Part shown: in pieces, positions 35,606-48,082 of the stretch
Position numbering within the stretch: position 1 is the stretch's first letter
Layout: each line of letters begins with the position of its first letter
DNA from: Prorocentrum cordatum
Taxonomy: Eukaryota
Direction of reading: 5' to 3'
DNA length: 64,000 nucleotides
Assembly (NCBI GenBank): GCA_963575745.1
Contig: CAUYUJ010000026.1
Coordinates: 62,001-126,000 of the forward strand
Notes under the pieces: model-generated
Told to the model about the DNA's origin: nothing
What the model saw: only the letters and a program-made list of their open reading frames with translations
The model's database searches: none
Position numbers and translations under genes: made by a program

Positions 35606-37194
35606 GGCGGCGTCGTCGTCGTCGTCGTCGGGCGGCGTCGCGCGGGGCCCGTTCTCTTGAGGGCTGCTTGCTCCTTTCTCCTCCTCCTCCTTGCGTCTCT
35701 CCTCCTCCTCCTTCTCCTCCTCCTCCTCCTCCTCCTCCTCCTCCTCCTCCTCCTCCTCCTCCTCCTCCCCCTTGCCATTCCTCCTCCTCCTGCTCCTCCC
35801 TCCTGTCGGAGGTCCCCAGAGGTCTCTGTGGGAAGCGAGCTCCTCCTGTATCTCCTCCACTCCCTCCTCCTGCTCCTCTTCCTCCTGCTGCTTCTGCTGA
35901 TGCTGATCCCCTCCTCCTCCTCCTCCTCCTCCTCCTCCTCCTCCTCCTCCTCCTCCTCCTCCTCCTCTCTCTCCTCGTTCTCCTCTTACGTCCTCCTCAA
36001 CCTTTGTCGGAGCCAGATCCATCCGCGAGGGCTTCCGGGCCTGAGTCCAGACGGAAATTCTTGATGCGACGAAACGTGCGACGCCTGGATCTCAGGGTCC
36101 TCCTCCTTTTCCTGCTCTCCGTCTCCTCCTCGTCCTCATCCTCGGCCTCCTCCTCATCCTCCTCCTCGTCCTCCTCCTCCTCCTTCTACTCCCTCCTCCT
36201 CCACCTCCTCCTCCTTTTCTTCCCTCCTCTGTCCCTCTCCTCCTTGTCCTCCTCCTCCTCCTCCTCCTCCCCCTCTTATCCTCCTCCTCCTAGCCCTTCA
36301 TCCCCGAGAGGTCGGGGGTGACCGAGCGCACTTCGAAGGGGCGCAGCTCGGCCGAGCCATCGCGGCGATGGGATATTCTGGGCCAGGCTTCTCCAGAGGG
36401 CGTCGGCTTCGTGGTCGTGATGCTTCTCGAGGTGGACGGTCAAGAGGCGGCGAGGTCCGTGGTGTTCTCCAGCTGTGCGCAGGTGGACAGGGGTTGGTTG
36501 CAAGGCAACTCGCGAGCGCAATGGAAGTGCGAGTCCGCTCTGCTCGGGGGGTGCCTGCTGTTCGAGCGGCGGGCCCCGCGCTTCGCCTGGTATGGGCTCG
36601 CGGGTCGCCCTGCCTGGCAGGCCGTGCGGCGCGCTGCCCTGCGAGGCCGTGCTCGGGCGGCGCACGGTGCTCGGGCGCGGCAGTGCATGAGCGTGCCTCG
36701 ACTGGGTGGAGCTCGGTTTGCGACACCGTCAACGACCGCGGTCTTCGAGACGGCCGTGTCTGCGCAGGCAGACGGCGCGATCGTGTCAACGCTGCTGCTC
36801 ACGAGGCCAGACTGATGGTAGCTTCGCCTGGGGTGGTGACGAAGGTGGCAGGGTGCCTCTCCTGCAGGAGGTCGTCGAGCGTGCACGCCCAGCGTTAGAT
36901 AGTAGATAGCGTCATCCACTGGAAGGGTCCTGGAAGGCGCCTCGACGTGGTCGGCTGGCTGCTCGGGAAGGCCTCCGAGCATCGAGGAGCTGCGAGCTGG
37001 GCGGGCGGGATGGGGGGTGCCTTGCCCTCTCACTGCGCTGGGTCTTCTTTGCTCCTGTGCACGAGCCTGGTGCGGGGGTTGGTCGCTCCCCCTTTGCGCC
37101 CGTGGTGGCGAGCGTTTCCCTCGGCAATCGATGTAGTCAGTCTCAGTCCCGGCTTCCTCCTCCTCCTCCTCCTCCTACAACCCTCTTCCTGTCG

Positions 37195-37425
37195 CATTCG
37201 TTTTCAAACTGCGGCTCTCGCTTTAGCGCCATGCGCACTCGTGTTCAAATTTTGCAGCAGTTTCACGGATGGAGGGCGGCACGTTTTCAACATGCGGCTC
37301 GCCTCAGCGACCCGTACGTTTGTGTTCAAAGTTGGCAGCAGTGTCAAGCATGAAGGGCGTCTCGTTTTCAACATGTGGCTCTCGCTTCAGCGCCGCGTGC
37401 ATTCGTGTTGAACGTTTGCAGCAGT
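37195..37425. repeat. Diverged short tandem units (TTTTCAACATG.GGCTC.C...AGCG); inverted relative at ~960-1140
   Basis: Three units here; the reverse-complement motif GCGCTA..GCGAG..CC.CATTTTGAAA recurs three times at 960-1140. Confidence 0.6.
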
Positions 37426-37639
37426 GTCGAAGGTTCGTATGGTTGAGTTCGCAGGAGTGGTGTTCTGCCACTGTCAGGACGCAACAGTTACGTTGATTCG
37501 CGATGCAGCAGTCATGGTGATTCGCGGCGGTGAGGTCCCAGGAGTGGTGCACTGGTACGGTTGAGGGTTCTCAGACGGTTGTCTTCCAATGGGGCACTTC
37601 AGCAATTTACATTCATGCTTGTAGAAACCTGTGACAAAG

Positions 37640-39480
37640 GAACAGTCGCGCGGCACCTGGCCAACAAGTCACCAAGAGGGGACGGTGGCAAGCAGCCACA
37701 GGCCCCATGGCAGCCATCCAGCTGACCCTGGAGCTCATAGGTTGGGAGGCCAGCGAAATCGACCTATGGACTGACCACCTGGGCGAGCAGTGGCATATCA
37801 GCAACCACGAACTGGCCATCCTCACCGAGTTCGAGGACGCCATCAAGGTTGCTGCGGAGGCCTGCCTGTGGAAGCAGGCCAGCAGACACCCCGAGGGACA
37901 ATTGCCTTCAAAACGGAGCCGACGTCCGGGGAATCCAAGCCAGTGCTCGCCACTTCCGCAAGCTCGAGAGGCACTTGAGGGCTGGGGCGCTGGAGACAGC
38001 AGCATGCGCCGCGATATGGACCAACCAGAAGAGCTACGCAGCGGGGTGCAAGGCGTTACCTGCGTGCACACGCTGCGGAATGGGCGCGGGCGACGCCCCG
38101 CTGCACCGCATCTACGAGCGCCCCGCCACCCAGGCCATAAACCACCCGTGGACCGAGCGCACGGCCAACTTGTATGCCAGGGCGGTTGCGGTGAGAGACG
38201 ATCCCATGGAGATGGCATTTTCGGTGCGAGGACTACTGTCAAAGCCCATGTGCCCAGTGGGGCCCCCGCCAACATGGGGCAGTTTGACCGATGACGACGT
38301 ATGGACGGTTGGCGGCGAGCACCTCGACTGGACGAATGGCATTATCGCAGCCACAAGGGCATTCACCGATGGCTCGGTCACCACCTGCGACAAGCGGTTG
38401 GCCAGGGCAGGATGGGGAGTGGCACTTGAGCTACCACCTGGGCGCAGCGGCTACTGCCCACGCGCCTCGTACCCTGGCTGTTTCGGCATGCGCGATGGCG
38501 CGCAGACCATCGGTGCAGCCTGGCTTGCAGCCATTTACTGGACGGTGCGACTTGCCAGAGGGCCACTCACCATCTTCGCGGACTCGCAGATGGTCGCCAA
38601 TGGCTGGCGCAGCTACAACTGCATGTTGCCCGCGAGGCCCCTCGCAAGATGGTGGGCGGTGATCCGAGCTGCCATAGCGGCCAGGGATAGCGGCATTCAG
38701 GACGTCTACGTCCACGGGCGTTGCTCGCACGTAGGCATCCCCACCATCCAGCGCACCAAGGAGCCAATGGCCGCCACCAGGGGCGACGGGATCGCCGACG
38801 CGTGCGCCCAGAGAGGGGCAGAGATGGCGGCCAACCTCATTGCCCCGCAGGTAGCTGTCCTCGCAGAACGAGAACGACTGCTCCGCAGGATGCACCAGCG
38901 CATCGGCGCGGCCATTGCGCGCGTCGCGGGGGTCGACCCCCCCGGTCTCCAGCGAGACAGGCGCGCAGGAATGAATGGCCAGTCGTTCCAGCGCGGCAAA
39001 GAGCTAGAGGAGGCCACAGGGCACTGCGTGCACAAAGCGCTCCGACGCCAAGTGGGTGTGCCTCGGTTGCGGCAAGGGCCCGGGCGAATTCTCCCTCGCA
39101 AATTGGATGCAGAGCCGCGCGTGCAGCTCGATGCCTGCCCTGGCCAACATGCACGGCAACGCCGCGCGCGCGCCGACGAGGGCGAGTGCGCCAAGCTGCT
39201 GCGGCACGGGGTCATGCGCATCTCGCGCAACCTCAGCTATATGCAGGGCCGCTGCTGGTGCTGGACGCGCGGTGCCATGGCATCCTCAGCGACAGATGGC
39301 CGCTGCCGCATCCTGATGCTGAAGGAACCGTGCAGAGGATGGAAAACACCTACCGCGAAGCTCGACCGGTTACGTGGAGCGAGGACGCCAAAGCTAGGGA
39401 AATCGTCTTGGCCCGACGGGGCCCCGGCGCCGGCGGGCCACCTCCGACATCGGAACGGCAGAGGCACCAAACTAGAAGTG
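37640..39480 (+). pseudogene. 3' part of a second non-LTR retrotransposon: post-RT region, Cys/His knuckle, RNase H domain
   Basis: GPMAAIQLTLELIGW...LWKQASRH; CTRCG...D..LHRIYE (38065-38121); RNase H AFTDGS (FTDGS at 38362), RAGWGV, QTIGAAWLAA (catalytic Glu replaced), IFADSQ, SH, GDGIADACAQRGA (ends ~38820). Several frameshifts. Confidence 0.8.
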
Positions 39481-42400
39481 CGACGGCGGGCAAGGGCGGC
39501 AAACAGATCATGGGGAAACATCGGGGACTCCACAGGCAAGCAGTTCGCGGTGGCACGGGCGAGGACCATCCACAGGGCGCGCGCCCAACAGGTAAGGGCA
39601 CCGCCGACGAGGAGACCAACCCGAGCCAAGTACCTGTTGCACCGTGCGGGCGCAGAAGGGCGGCCACTCCTGAGATGCTGCCGCGGAAGACGGCGAGGCG
39701 CGCGATGGCCGACGGCGAGGCTGGACCAGCTTCCCCGCAGCTTCCAGGGCCACGCGGGCTACCAGACGGAAGTGGGTCGCGAAGCCAGGCTCGGGCAGAG
39801 CAGGCTGAGGAGACGTTGGAGGAGGCGCTGCCAGGGTGCCAGCGACCGCCGCGTCAGGAGGGAGACAAGGGCTGGCTGGCTGCCAAGCAGAACCCAGTGC
39901 AGGATCACCGCGGCGCCGACCGACCACCTGCCGACGTGGGGCACCCTCCGCCCGCGGTGCCCGAGCGGGGCCGGGCCGTGCGCGATTGCCAGGACATGCG
40001 GCATGATCTGCGAGACTGGGCCGCCCAGTGGTTTGAGGGCTACGTCCTCCAGGTGTCCGACGAAGCCAGCTGCCGGGAACAGTGCGAAGCACTCCTTGGT
40101 GCGATGCTGCGAGGAGGGGGCGACCTTCCGCTGCGGGCCATCCTGCAGAGCTGATCCCCCTGGTCGGCCGCCGGCCCCGATCTTGCCAGATCTGTAGGCC
40201 AGCGCATGGAGGCGGAGCGCAGGGCGACGCGAGGCCTACTTCGCCGGGCTCTTCGAGGCCGCGCCTGAAGATCGATGGCGGCTCGTTGAGCGGCATGGGC
40301 GGGCGCTGGAGGACATTCGGGCGATGTTCCGCCGAATGCTATCAAGACGGCGCGCCGGGCTGACTGGGGCCAAGAGTTCCACGGCAGGGGTGGCAGTGGG
40401 CGAGGGCGCCGCGGAACCAGCTCGAAGGCCCCAGACCGCGCCGACAGCAGGCGGCAGCATCGCCCCATTGCAAGCAGCTCAGATCCGACTCAACCACGCC
40501 GAGGGTGGAGCTGCGAGCGACGGTGCGACTGACTTGAAGGGGCTGGAGGCTGCGAGGGACAGCGGCGAGCGCGGCGCGGCGGTGAGCGCGGCGACGTCCT
40601 CTTCGGGGCGGCGGGCGCCCTCGTCGAGGCCCCCCCTGGCCCGCGAGCCGTCGTGGCGGGACCTGCGCCGCGAGGTGCTGCGGTTGTGACGGCCGCTGTG
40701 CGGCCGGGTCGGGGGGGGCCGCGGCGTCCTCCTCCTCCGCGTCATGGACGTGACCTACGAGGCCCTCAGCACGGACTGGGTCCTGGTGAGTGCGGGGGGG
40801 GGGGGGGGCTGGCGAGGGGAGGTGAACCTGCGGCGTAGTGGACAGTCGCGGGGGCTACCATTGCAGCGCGCGTGGGTCGGGGCCGAGCCTGTGCCGGGTC
40901 AACCTGGGCAGTGTCGAGCACGGCGTAGTTGAGAGTCATAGCGGGCTACCGTCGCAGTGCACGTGCCTCGGAGCTGCCGCGGCACCAGGTCAGCCGCCTC
41001 GCCAGGGATCACTTCTCCATGGCCTGTTCGCAGCAACCTGAGGAAGCCCCTGGTCAGAGGGGCACCTCAGGAATGCAGTCGCCGCGTGGGGCGGGGGGCG
41101 TCAGGGCGCAAAGTCCTGAGGGCCCCCCCGTGCAGGGGAACGTCTCAGGCTCAATGTCGCCACGTGGAGCTGGAGCCTCGAGGGAAGGCCACGCTGCGCG
41201 GCCATGGGCGCTCGCGAGCATGCTGGTTGACGTCGCCGCCAGCGGGGGGGCGCCCGCGGCGGGGCGCCTGGCGACCTCCAGGCAGAGGGTGTCAACCGCC
41301 GCTGCCGCCCCGCATCGCTGGCCCAGGGCCCTCGGCCCTGCTGCAGCGAGCCCAGCGCTGCAACGGGCAGCGGGCCACCCGCGGCGGCTACAGACTACCG
41401 CGCCCGCCAGGCGGAGCAGCGGCTCGGGCGATCCATGGGCGGGCTGGCGGACTTGGCGGGGCATTGGGCCCCCGGCATGGCGCGAAGAGAAGCAGGCTGC
41501 ATCTCGTGGGTGGTGCGCTGCGTTGAGGAGATGACCGAGTTCCTTGCCGCCAAGCCCTTCCACGCCTCATGCGAGAAGATGGCGCCGATCGGAGCCGCGC
41601 GCGCGGCGCTGGCGCGCGCGGGAGCTGCGCGAGGAAGCCCGGCGAAGCGGGCGCCCTGCCCGCGAAGCCGCCGCCGGCAGCCGCGCGTGCGAGATCCTGG
41701 GGCCGCTCCCAGAGCAGAGGCGCAGGCCGCCCCGGCCCGCTTAAGCCTTCCCCCTCGCCCTCGAGCTCGCAGCCGCGGGCGATGGGGCAGCCGAGGGGCG
41801 CGGCCGGCGCGGGCGAAGGCGCCGCAGGCTGACGCAGCAGGCCGCAGCGCGGCGCCCCTCCTTCTGCTGGTGGAGGACGAGGCTGCCAGGGTGCCCGCGG
41901 GCCCCCCGCGCGCCGCTGGCGCGTGGCGGGGGGGCGAGCCGCCGTTGGATGGGTGGCGCGGGCGGGGCCTCGGCAGCCAGGGGGGGCGGCGCGTCGGTCA
42001 GGGCGGGGCGGGGGGCAGCTCGCTGAGCGCCCTGAACCCCCCCCAAACCAGGGGCAGCCGCGCGACCGCCCCATGGGCCGCGAGGAGGAGCGGCGCCCAG
42101 CAGGAGAGGGGCGCGACCTGGAGGTCGGGGAAGAGCAGCCGGAGCGGCGCCCCGAGGGCCCCCTGCCGCGCGTGGAGGTCCTCGCAGCCCCTTCCAGGCG
42201 GCGCGCAGTGGCGAGCGGCAGGCGGCCGCCGCCGCGGCTCTCAGACGGCGGGGAGGCGCCGCCAGCGCGGCGCCCCGCGGGGCCACCGCCGCGCCCATGG
42301 GGCCCATGCAGCCCCCCCGGGCCGGCGGTGCTCGGCAGCAAACAGAGCAGATCCGACCCGACCTCGCCAAGGGCGGAGCTGCGCGGGAGTGCGCGACCGA

Positions 42401-45301
42401 CCCCTGCGCGCAGGACGCCGAGAACGACGCTGGGCCGCTACGGCGCCGACTCATGCAATTGGCCAGTGCTTTCGTGATTTACGGAGAGAGGGGGTGTGGA
42501 CCGAGACGTGCATCAGCACGGTCATGAACGCCCTGCGCGCCCCCATGTTCGGGCCGTTCTTCACGGGAGTGGGCGATGAAGCTGCTGGGTGTGAACGGCG
42601 GCGATGGGCGGCTTGCCAGCGCGCGGATCCATGGCAGGCCACCTCTGATAAACAGGTGAGGAAACAACAGGCAACGCCTACAAGTCCTCGAGGGAAAAGA
42701 GTACGAACGTGAACTTGTAGCACACCAAACTCAAGAACTGCTGGCCTCACCCTCGAGAGCGCAGGAGCGGGCGGAACATCGTGGAGGCGCCGATCACCCA
42801 GCAGATGCAGGCGGCTCAGCCAATGCCGAGCAGGTCGAGATCACCGAGGAGGATGCGGCCAGCACTTGCGAGCAGGGCAGCGCAGCAGGGGCCGAAGGCC
42901 AGCCGCGGATTGAAGTCGTTGACGTCGACAATTGGCCTCCCCGCAGGCAGGCGGATGGGGCCCGGCCAGGTGCGGAAGGAGACGGCTTCTACCAGGACAA
43001 CTTCAGCAATGCTGATGACCCACGTTGTGAGGCTGGAGCAGGGGGTGCAGAAGAAGGAGGACGCGGAGCTGGTGGAGCCCATGCAGGGTAATAATAGCAG
43101 CCAGCCAGCCTATCGTCGCCCTGGCCATCGGGATCGTCGACGGAGAGCCCCACTGGTGACAAGTGGAGCTCAGACAGCAGTGCTTGCAAGGGGAGAGTCA
43201 GGCCTGGCGTCGCAGATGCGATCGACCACCTACACGCGCCGTGCCAACTCGCTCCGAGATGCAGTCCAGGAGCTTGAGCAGCTGTTGACGGACGCCCGCA
43301 ACGAGCAGTCGGGGCAGGGCGGTGGCCAGAGTGACCAGCATGTAGCAGAACTCGGCGAGGGCCACATGGGGCAGGCTGAGGCCAGCCACGGTAACCATGG
43401 TGGAAGAGGTGGGGAACGCGGAGCCGAGCAGAGTGGCGCCGAAGGCGGGGCGGCTGGCCTCGCCGTGGGCGCAGCGCTGACAGTCGCAGCAGTCGGAGTG
43501 GTCGCAGAGGAGACATCGACAGTTCCGCAGCAGGCAGCTGGGCGCAAACGCACCACCAGTGGCCAGGGCGCGGCCAGGGGCAGCGAGGCGGCCAGGACGA
43601 CTGGAGGGGGCCATGCAGGCCAGCAGCCACAGGGGCCAGTCCGCGTGGGGGCCGCAGCTCGGGCAGAATGGCGAACCAGCCTGGTCAGCGCAGCTGGCGA
43701 GGGGCTGCATGTTGGCGGCTGGCGCGAGAGCAGGCGGCCGCAGCGCCGCAGCTGCCCGCTGGCCGACGGACATGGGGCCAAGCGCGTCGGCGCGCGGCGT
43801 GCAGAGCTCGGCGGGCCATCCATCCGCCTCCTCTTGTGGGGCAAGGCCCAGTTCGGTACAGCACGCCAGAGCCCAGAGCAGGAGAGAGGAGGGGGCGGCG
43901 CAGACGGCCGCCGCCGCGCGCCGAGGAGGCAACCGCGGCAGTGCGGGGGCGCGGGACGGCCGCGCGCCGCGCACGGCACGGGCGCGTGTGAGAGCTCGGC
44001 TGGGGTGGGGGGGCACGACGCTTGCCCCCCCACCCAAAAAACTGCTCCAAAGCTGCTCCCTCCCCTGTCCCTCTCCTCCTTTTCCTCCTAGCCCTTTCGC
44101 CCCGAGAGTTGGGGGGTGGCAGGTCTGTCCGCCCGCCCGCTGCTGCCGCTGCCGCCGAGCTTGTCGTGGACACCTGGACTCCTTCTCTTCTTGGTCTTCC
44201 GGAACAGTTTTTTCAGACGGTTTTTCCGATGATGAGTTCTTTTGGGGCGACTTCCTCCGGAAGAGTTCTTCCTTCCGGGCGACTTTTTCCGATGGTGATG
44301 TTTTTTTGGGGCGCCTTCTTTCGGGCCTTGTCCCGGTCCCCTTTGCTTCTGGAGTGTTGCCCGCTCCTCCTCCTCTCGCTCGCTCACCGCTGCCTTCCGG
44401 CCCACGGCGCCGACCCGGCGCCCGAGCGGCGGGAAACGGGGCACCCTGCGCGCCCGGCCCGCGCCGTCGCCCCTCGGGCGAGCTCCGGCCCGAGGCCCTC
44501 GACGTCGAGGCCCTCGACGTCCCCGAGGCCCTCGACGTCCCCGAGGCCCTCGACGTCCCCGACGTGCTCGCGTCGTCGTCCCCGACGTCCCCGACGTCGG
44601 GGACGACGACGTCCCCGACGTGCTCGCGTCGTGAGAAGTTGAGGACGGAGGCTTTCCGTCGTTCTCGGCCTCGGGGGGCCCTTGCCGGGCCCCGGGGCCG
44701 TCCCAAAATGGCTTAGGATGAAAGGCCTCTCCAGGGGCAAGGGTCGGCACTTCAAGGGATCGCGTATTGAAGACGAAGCAGAAAGTGACGAAGCATCTCC
44801 GCGTGGAATTCTTCAATCATTCGTTTGGAGGGCTGTGGACCTTCTCGTTCCTCTGGGATGTCGCGTGTTTTCGATCGTGAGCGCGCTGCGACGGGCACGT
44901 CGGTTCGGAGGCGAATCGCGGTGGCAACTGTTTGCTTGGGCAGGGCGCGTGGGGGCGGCATACACACCCCGACCGTGAAGGGTGGCGTGGCGCTTTCGCC
45001 GATGGACGTGGCACCCATGATGAGAGGAGACGCGCCCGCTCCGGAGTCCCCCTGGGAGCCACTTTCTCGAGAACCAGCTCCCTTGGAGCGCCGCACCTCG
45101 CTCGACAGGACAACCCGGCCTGCCCGGGCGCCGATGGCCTCCGTGTGCCGAACGCGGGCAGCTTTCGCCCCCCCGGGGGCTCTGCAGCACGCGTGGCACT
45201 GCCCAGCAACATCGCACGAAGGCCACTCGCGTGCACCGTTTCCCATCACGTCTGGGCCAGACTCCGCTGCCGCCGTCCGGGCCGTCGGCGCCCGCGAGCA
45301 G

Positions 45302-45380
45302 GCCCGGCGACGTGGTGCTGGCGCACTGCGAGCTGGCGCACTGCGGCGGCCCGCTGCTCGGGCCGGACGTGCGCTACATG
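45302..45380 (+). CDS. PhyH-family dioxygenase, exon D (distal His, 2OG-binding Arg)
   Basis: PGDVVLAHCELAHCGGPLLGPDVRYM fits the PhyH PGDV...H-x-GG...R motif. GCAG|G acceptor, ATG|GC donor. First and last exons of the gene were not found in the window. Confidence 0.8.
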
Positions 45381-45844
45381 GCTCGCCGCCCCGCCGCCGC
45401 CGCCGGGCGCGGAGGAGGCCGTGCTGCACTGTGGGCGAGGCAGGGAAACGGGAGGGAGGGGGGGGAGAGGAATGGAGGGGAGGGAGGGAGGGAAGGAGGG
45501 AGGCATGAGGCTCGGACGAGAGTGATGTCATGCCGCGGTTGGCTTGGGGGGCCCCTCGCCGCGTGGTGGGTCGATGGGGGCTCGGGGTCGCCGCGCGGCT
45601 CTGGGGCTCGGGTCGTTCTCCGAGTACGCGTCTCGGGCGGCTGGGGTCCCCAGGGTCTTAAAAAACCGTGCGGCGAGGTAGTTGGGGGTTCCAAGGTCAC
45701 CACGCGGTCCGTCACCACACGGTTTTGGGGCCCCGAAAAGGGGGGATACCGTGTTGCCTCGAGACGCAGACCCCCCTCCGAGTCGTGAAAACATGCCCAG
45801 CGCGATCCCAACTAGGGGAACGCTTCCCATTACATGGGCGCAGT

Positions 45845-46480
45845 GCTCGGCATTGCTTGGCATTGCTTGGCATTGCTTGGCATTGCTTGGCATTGCTTGG
45901 CATTGCTTGGCGTTGCTTGGCGTTGCTTGGCATTGCTTGGCATTCCTTGGCGTGGCTTGGTAATGATTGGGGAACCCAGGGAACCCGGGGGAACCCGAAG
46001 TACCCAGGGAACCCGAGGAACCTGGGGAAATCGAGGAACCCAGGGAACCGGAGGAACCCGAGGAACCCGAGGAGCCCGGGGAACCCGGGGAACCCAGGGA
46101 ACCCGAGGAAGGACCCGAGGAACCCGAGGAACCCGAGGAACCCGAGGAACCAGGGGAACCTGGGGAACCCAGGGAACCCGAGGAAGGACCCGAGGAACCC
46201 GAGGAATCCGAGGAACACGGGGAGCCCAGGGAACCCGAGGAACCCGGAGAACCCAGGGAACCGGAGCAACCCGAGGAGCCCGAGGACGGAGAACCCAGGT
46301 AACCCGAGGACCCCGAGGAATGACCCGAGGAACCCAGGGAACCGGAGGAACCCGAGGAACCCGAGGAGCCCGGGGAACCCGGGGAACCCAGGGAACCCGA
46401 GGAAGGACCCGAGGAACCCGAGGACCCCGAGGAACCCGAGGAGCCGGAGAAACCCGAGGAACCCGAGTAACCCGGGGAAC
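45845..46480. repeat. (CATTGCTTGG)n 10-bp array followed by (GAACCCGAG)n 9-bp array
   Basis: Direct reading: 45845-45960 and 45970-46480. Confidence 0.95.
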
Positions 46481-46625
46481 TTCGGGGCAACGGACAAAGT
46501 AAGCCACCGAGGCATCAAACTTGGACCAAGCAAGAACCCAGGAGGCAGGCCTACTGGGGGAATCCAGACGGGAGGTCTTTGACCATGTCCGGCCTTTTTG
46601 GGCCCTCGCCAGGCCCTGGGTTTAG

Positions 46626-46788
46626 GTCGGGCATGTCCCCCTACAGGCGGGTTTTGGACGAAAGATTCCCAAATAGTCCAACAAGTATTCAAACATGATC
46701 AAAAATAGGAAGCGAATCGCCCCATATTTTGTTTTGACTATTTCCGAAGAGGGCGCGCCCCCATCGCCTGTAGAGGGACACGCCCGAC
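46626..46788. mobile_element. Intact ~165-bp MITE, same family as 17979-21382; diverged copy at ~51509-51655
   Basis: TIRs GTCGGGCATGTCCCCCTACAGGCG / CGCCTGTAGAGGGACACGCCCGAC; AT-rich interior. Confidence 0.7.
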
Positions 46789-47235
46789 TTAACCCAGGGT
46801 CCGTCAAGACACGACTGAGGATGGACGCCGCAGCGGCCGCTGGGCGCGGAGGATTCCGCGCTGCCTGGCCGGTGCTTTCCCGGAGATCAGGGCGTTGCAC
46901 TTCTTTCATGCTGGGCTCTTTTTCGCCTGGCTGCGGGCCTCGGGGCCATCACATGCAGATCTGTTTCGAAGCGTGCTGCAGAAGCATGGCGTCCATGTGT
47001 GGTTTTTTGGCTATGGTCGAGTGCAGTATCTGATCTTGCCAGTGTGACAACTGACGTGTGTCTCCAACCTATGGAGACTTGCTTGTCGCTTGTTTTTCCC
47101 TGGGGAGGTACATCCCTGAGCTTGCTCAGGATTGCTCAAGCAACGAATGCTCCTCCTCCTCCTCCCCCTCCTCCTCCTCCTCCGCCCCCTCCTCCTCCTC
47201 CTCCTCCTTCTCCTCCTCCTCCTTCAGTTACCAGC

Positions 47236-47260
47236 TTGGCTCGAGCCAGTTTTGCTCGAA
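47236..47260 (+). other. Degenerate tandem dinoflagellate spliced-leader relic
   Basis: TTGGCTCGAGCCAGTTTTGCTCGAA vs TTGGCTCAAG+CCATTTTGGCTCAAG: 20/25 identities, ~63 bp upstream of an ATG. Confidence 0.55.
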
Positions 47261-47323
47261 CCCCAAGCCAGCACCACAGGAACTCCCCGCTCCGACCACG
47301 TCCTCGCCTTTCGCGCATCTGGC

Positions 47324-48082
47324 ATGGAGCGGGAGCCCAGGCGCCGTCGTCCTAATCGCACTGCAGCTGAGCGCCGAGCTCAGTATGCTCGCGCGAACGG
47401 ACGGGCGGTCATGAGGCTCCTGCACGCGTTCACGGAGGTGGAGCAGCACAGGGGCCAAGGCTTGACTCGCCTTGCCAGTGCGCTCCGCCAGGCACTGGTT
47501 GCTGATCATGCTGACCCTGCCGATCGAGTCCATCCTGAGCCTCTCCCTGGTCGGGCGCCCGAGGGCGACCTGGCTGGCGCATCGCCTGCAACAGCGGCAG
47601 CCGCCCCGCCCCTATCTCTCCCACCAGAGGCCCCGAGGGGATTGGCTGCTCTGAGGGGGGACAGCGAGGCGGTGCCGACAGGTGGTGCGATGAAGGGCGA
47701 AGCCCCAGTTGGCGACTCTCTACCGCAGCAGCAAGCTTCAGCGCCTGCCGACATGCAGGCTGGACCGCCTCCTGTCGACTGTCGCGAGAGGGTGAGCGGC
47801 GCGGGTTCGCACGATCCTCCACAGCAGAGCCCTGCCGACGTGGCGGCAGGCGCCGCGTGGCAGAGGCGGAGAGCAGCATTGGTAGCCGATGGTCTCCTTC
47901 TGGCTCAGGGGCGAGGAGCTGTTGCTGCAGCCGCTCCAGTTCGGCCGAGCAGAGGAGCCATCCCGATCTCGTGTGAGGCGGCTGCCGCGTTGAATCGGAT
48001 GACGGCGCAGCCTGGGCAGCCACATGCAGCGTCGTCTTCGTCTCCTTCAGGCAGCAGCCCTGACAATTGCAAGCAACAGTAG
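47324..48082 (+). CDS. Intronless 252-aa ORF: basic helical N-terminus, low-complexity middle, C-terminal CKQQ (CaaX-like)
   Basis: MEREPRRRRPNRTAAERRAQYARANGRAVMRLLHAFTEVEQHRG...DNCKQQ*; preceded by a spliced-leader relic. Confidence 0.6.
   Translation: MEREPRRRRPNRTAAERRAQYARANGRAVMRLLHAFTEVEQHRGQGLTRLASALRQALVADHADPADRVHPEPLPGRAPEGDLAGASPATAAAAPPLSLPPEAPRGLAALRGDSEAVPTGGAMKGEAPVGDSLPQQQASAPADMQAGPPPVDCRERVSGAGSHDPPQQSPADVAAGAAWQRRRAALVADGLLLAQGRGAVAAAAPVRPSRGAIPISCEAAAALNRMTAQPGQPHAASSSSPSGSSPDNCKQQ

Noticed and set aside
44703..44713. Minus-strand spliced-leader fragment AGCCATTTTGG
   Set aside because: Only 11 nt, lacks CTCAAG, and lies within a dispersed repeat with relatives at ~35150 and ~52430.
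45970..46480. Collagen-like or PEE-repeat protein
   Set aside because: A 9-bp minisatellite that is open in most frames, with no unique flanking coding sequence or splice support.
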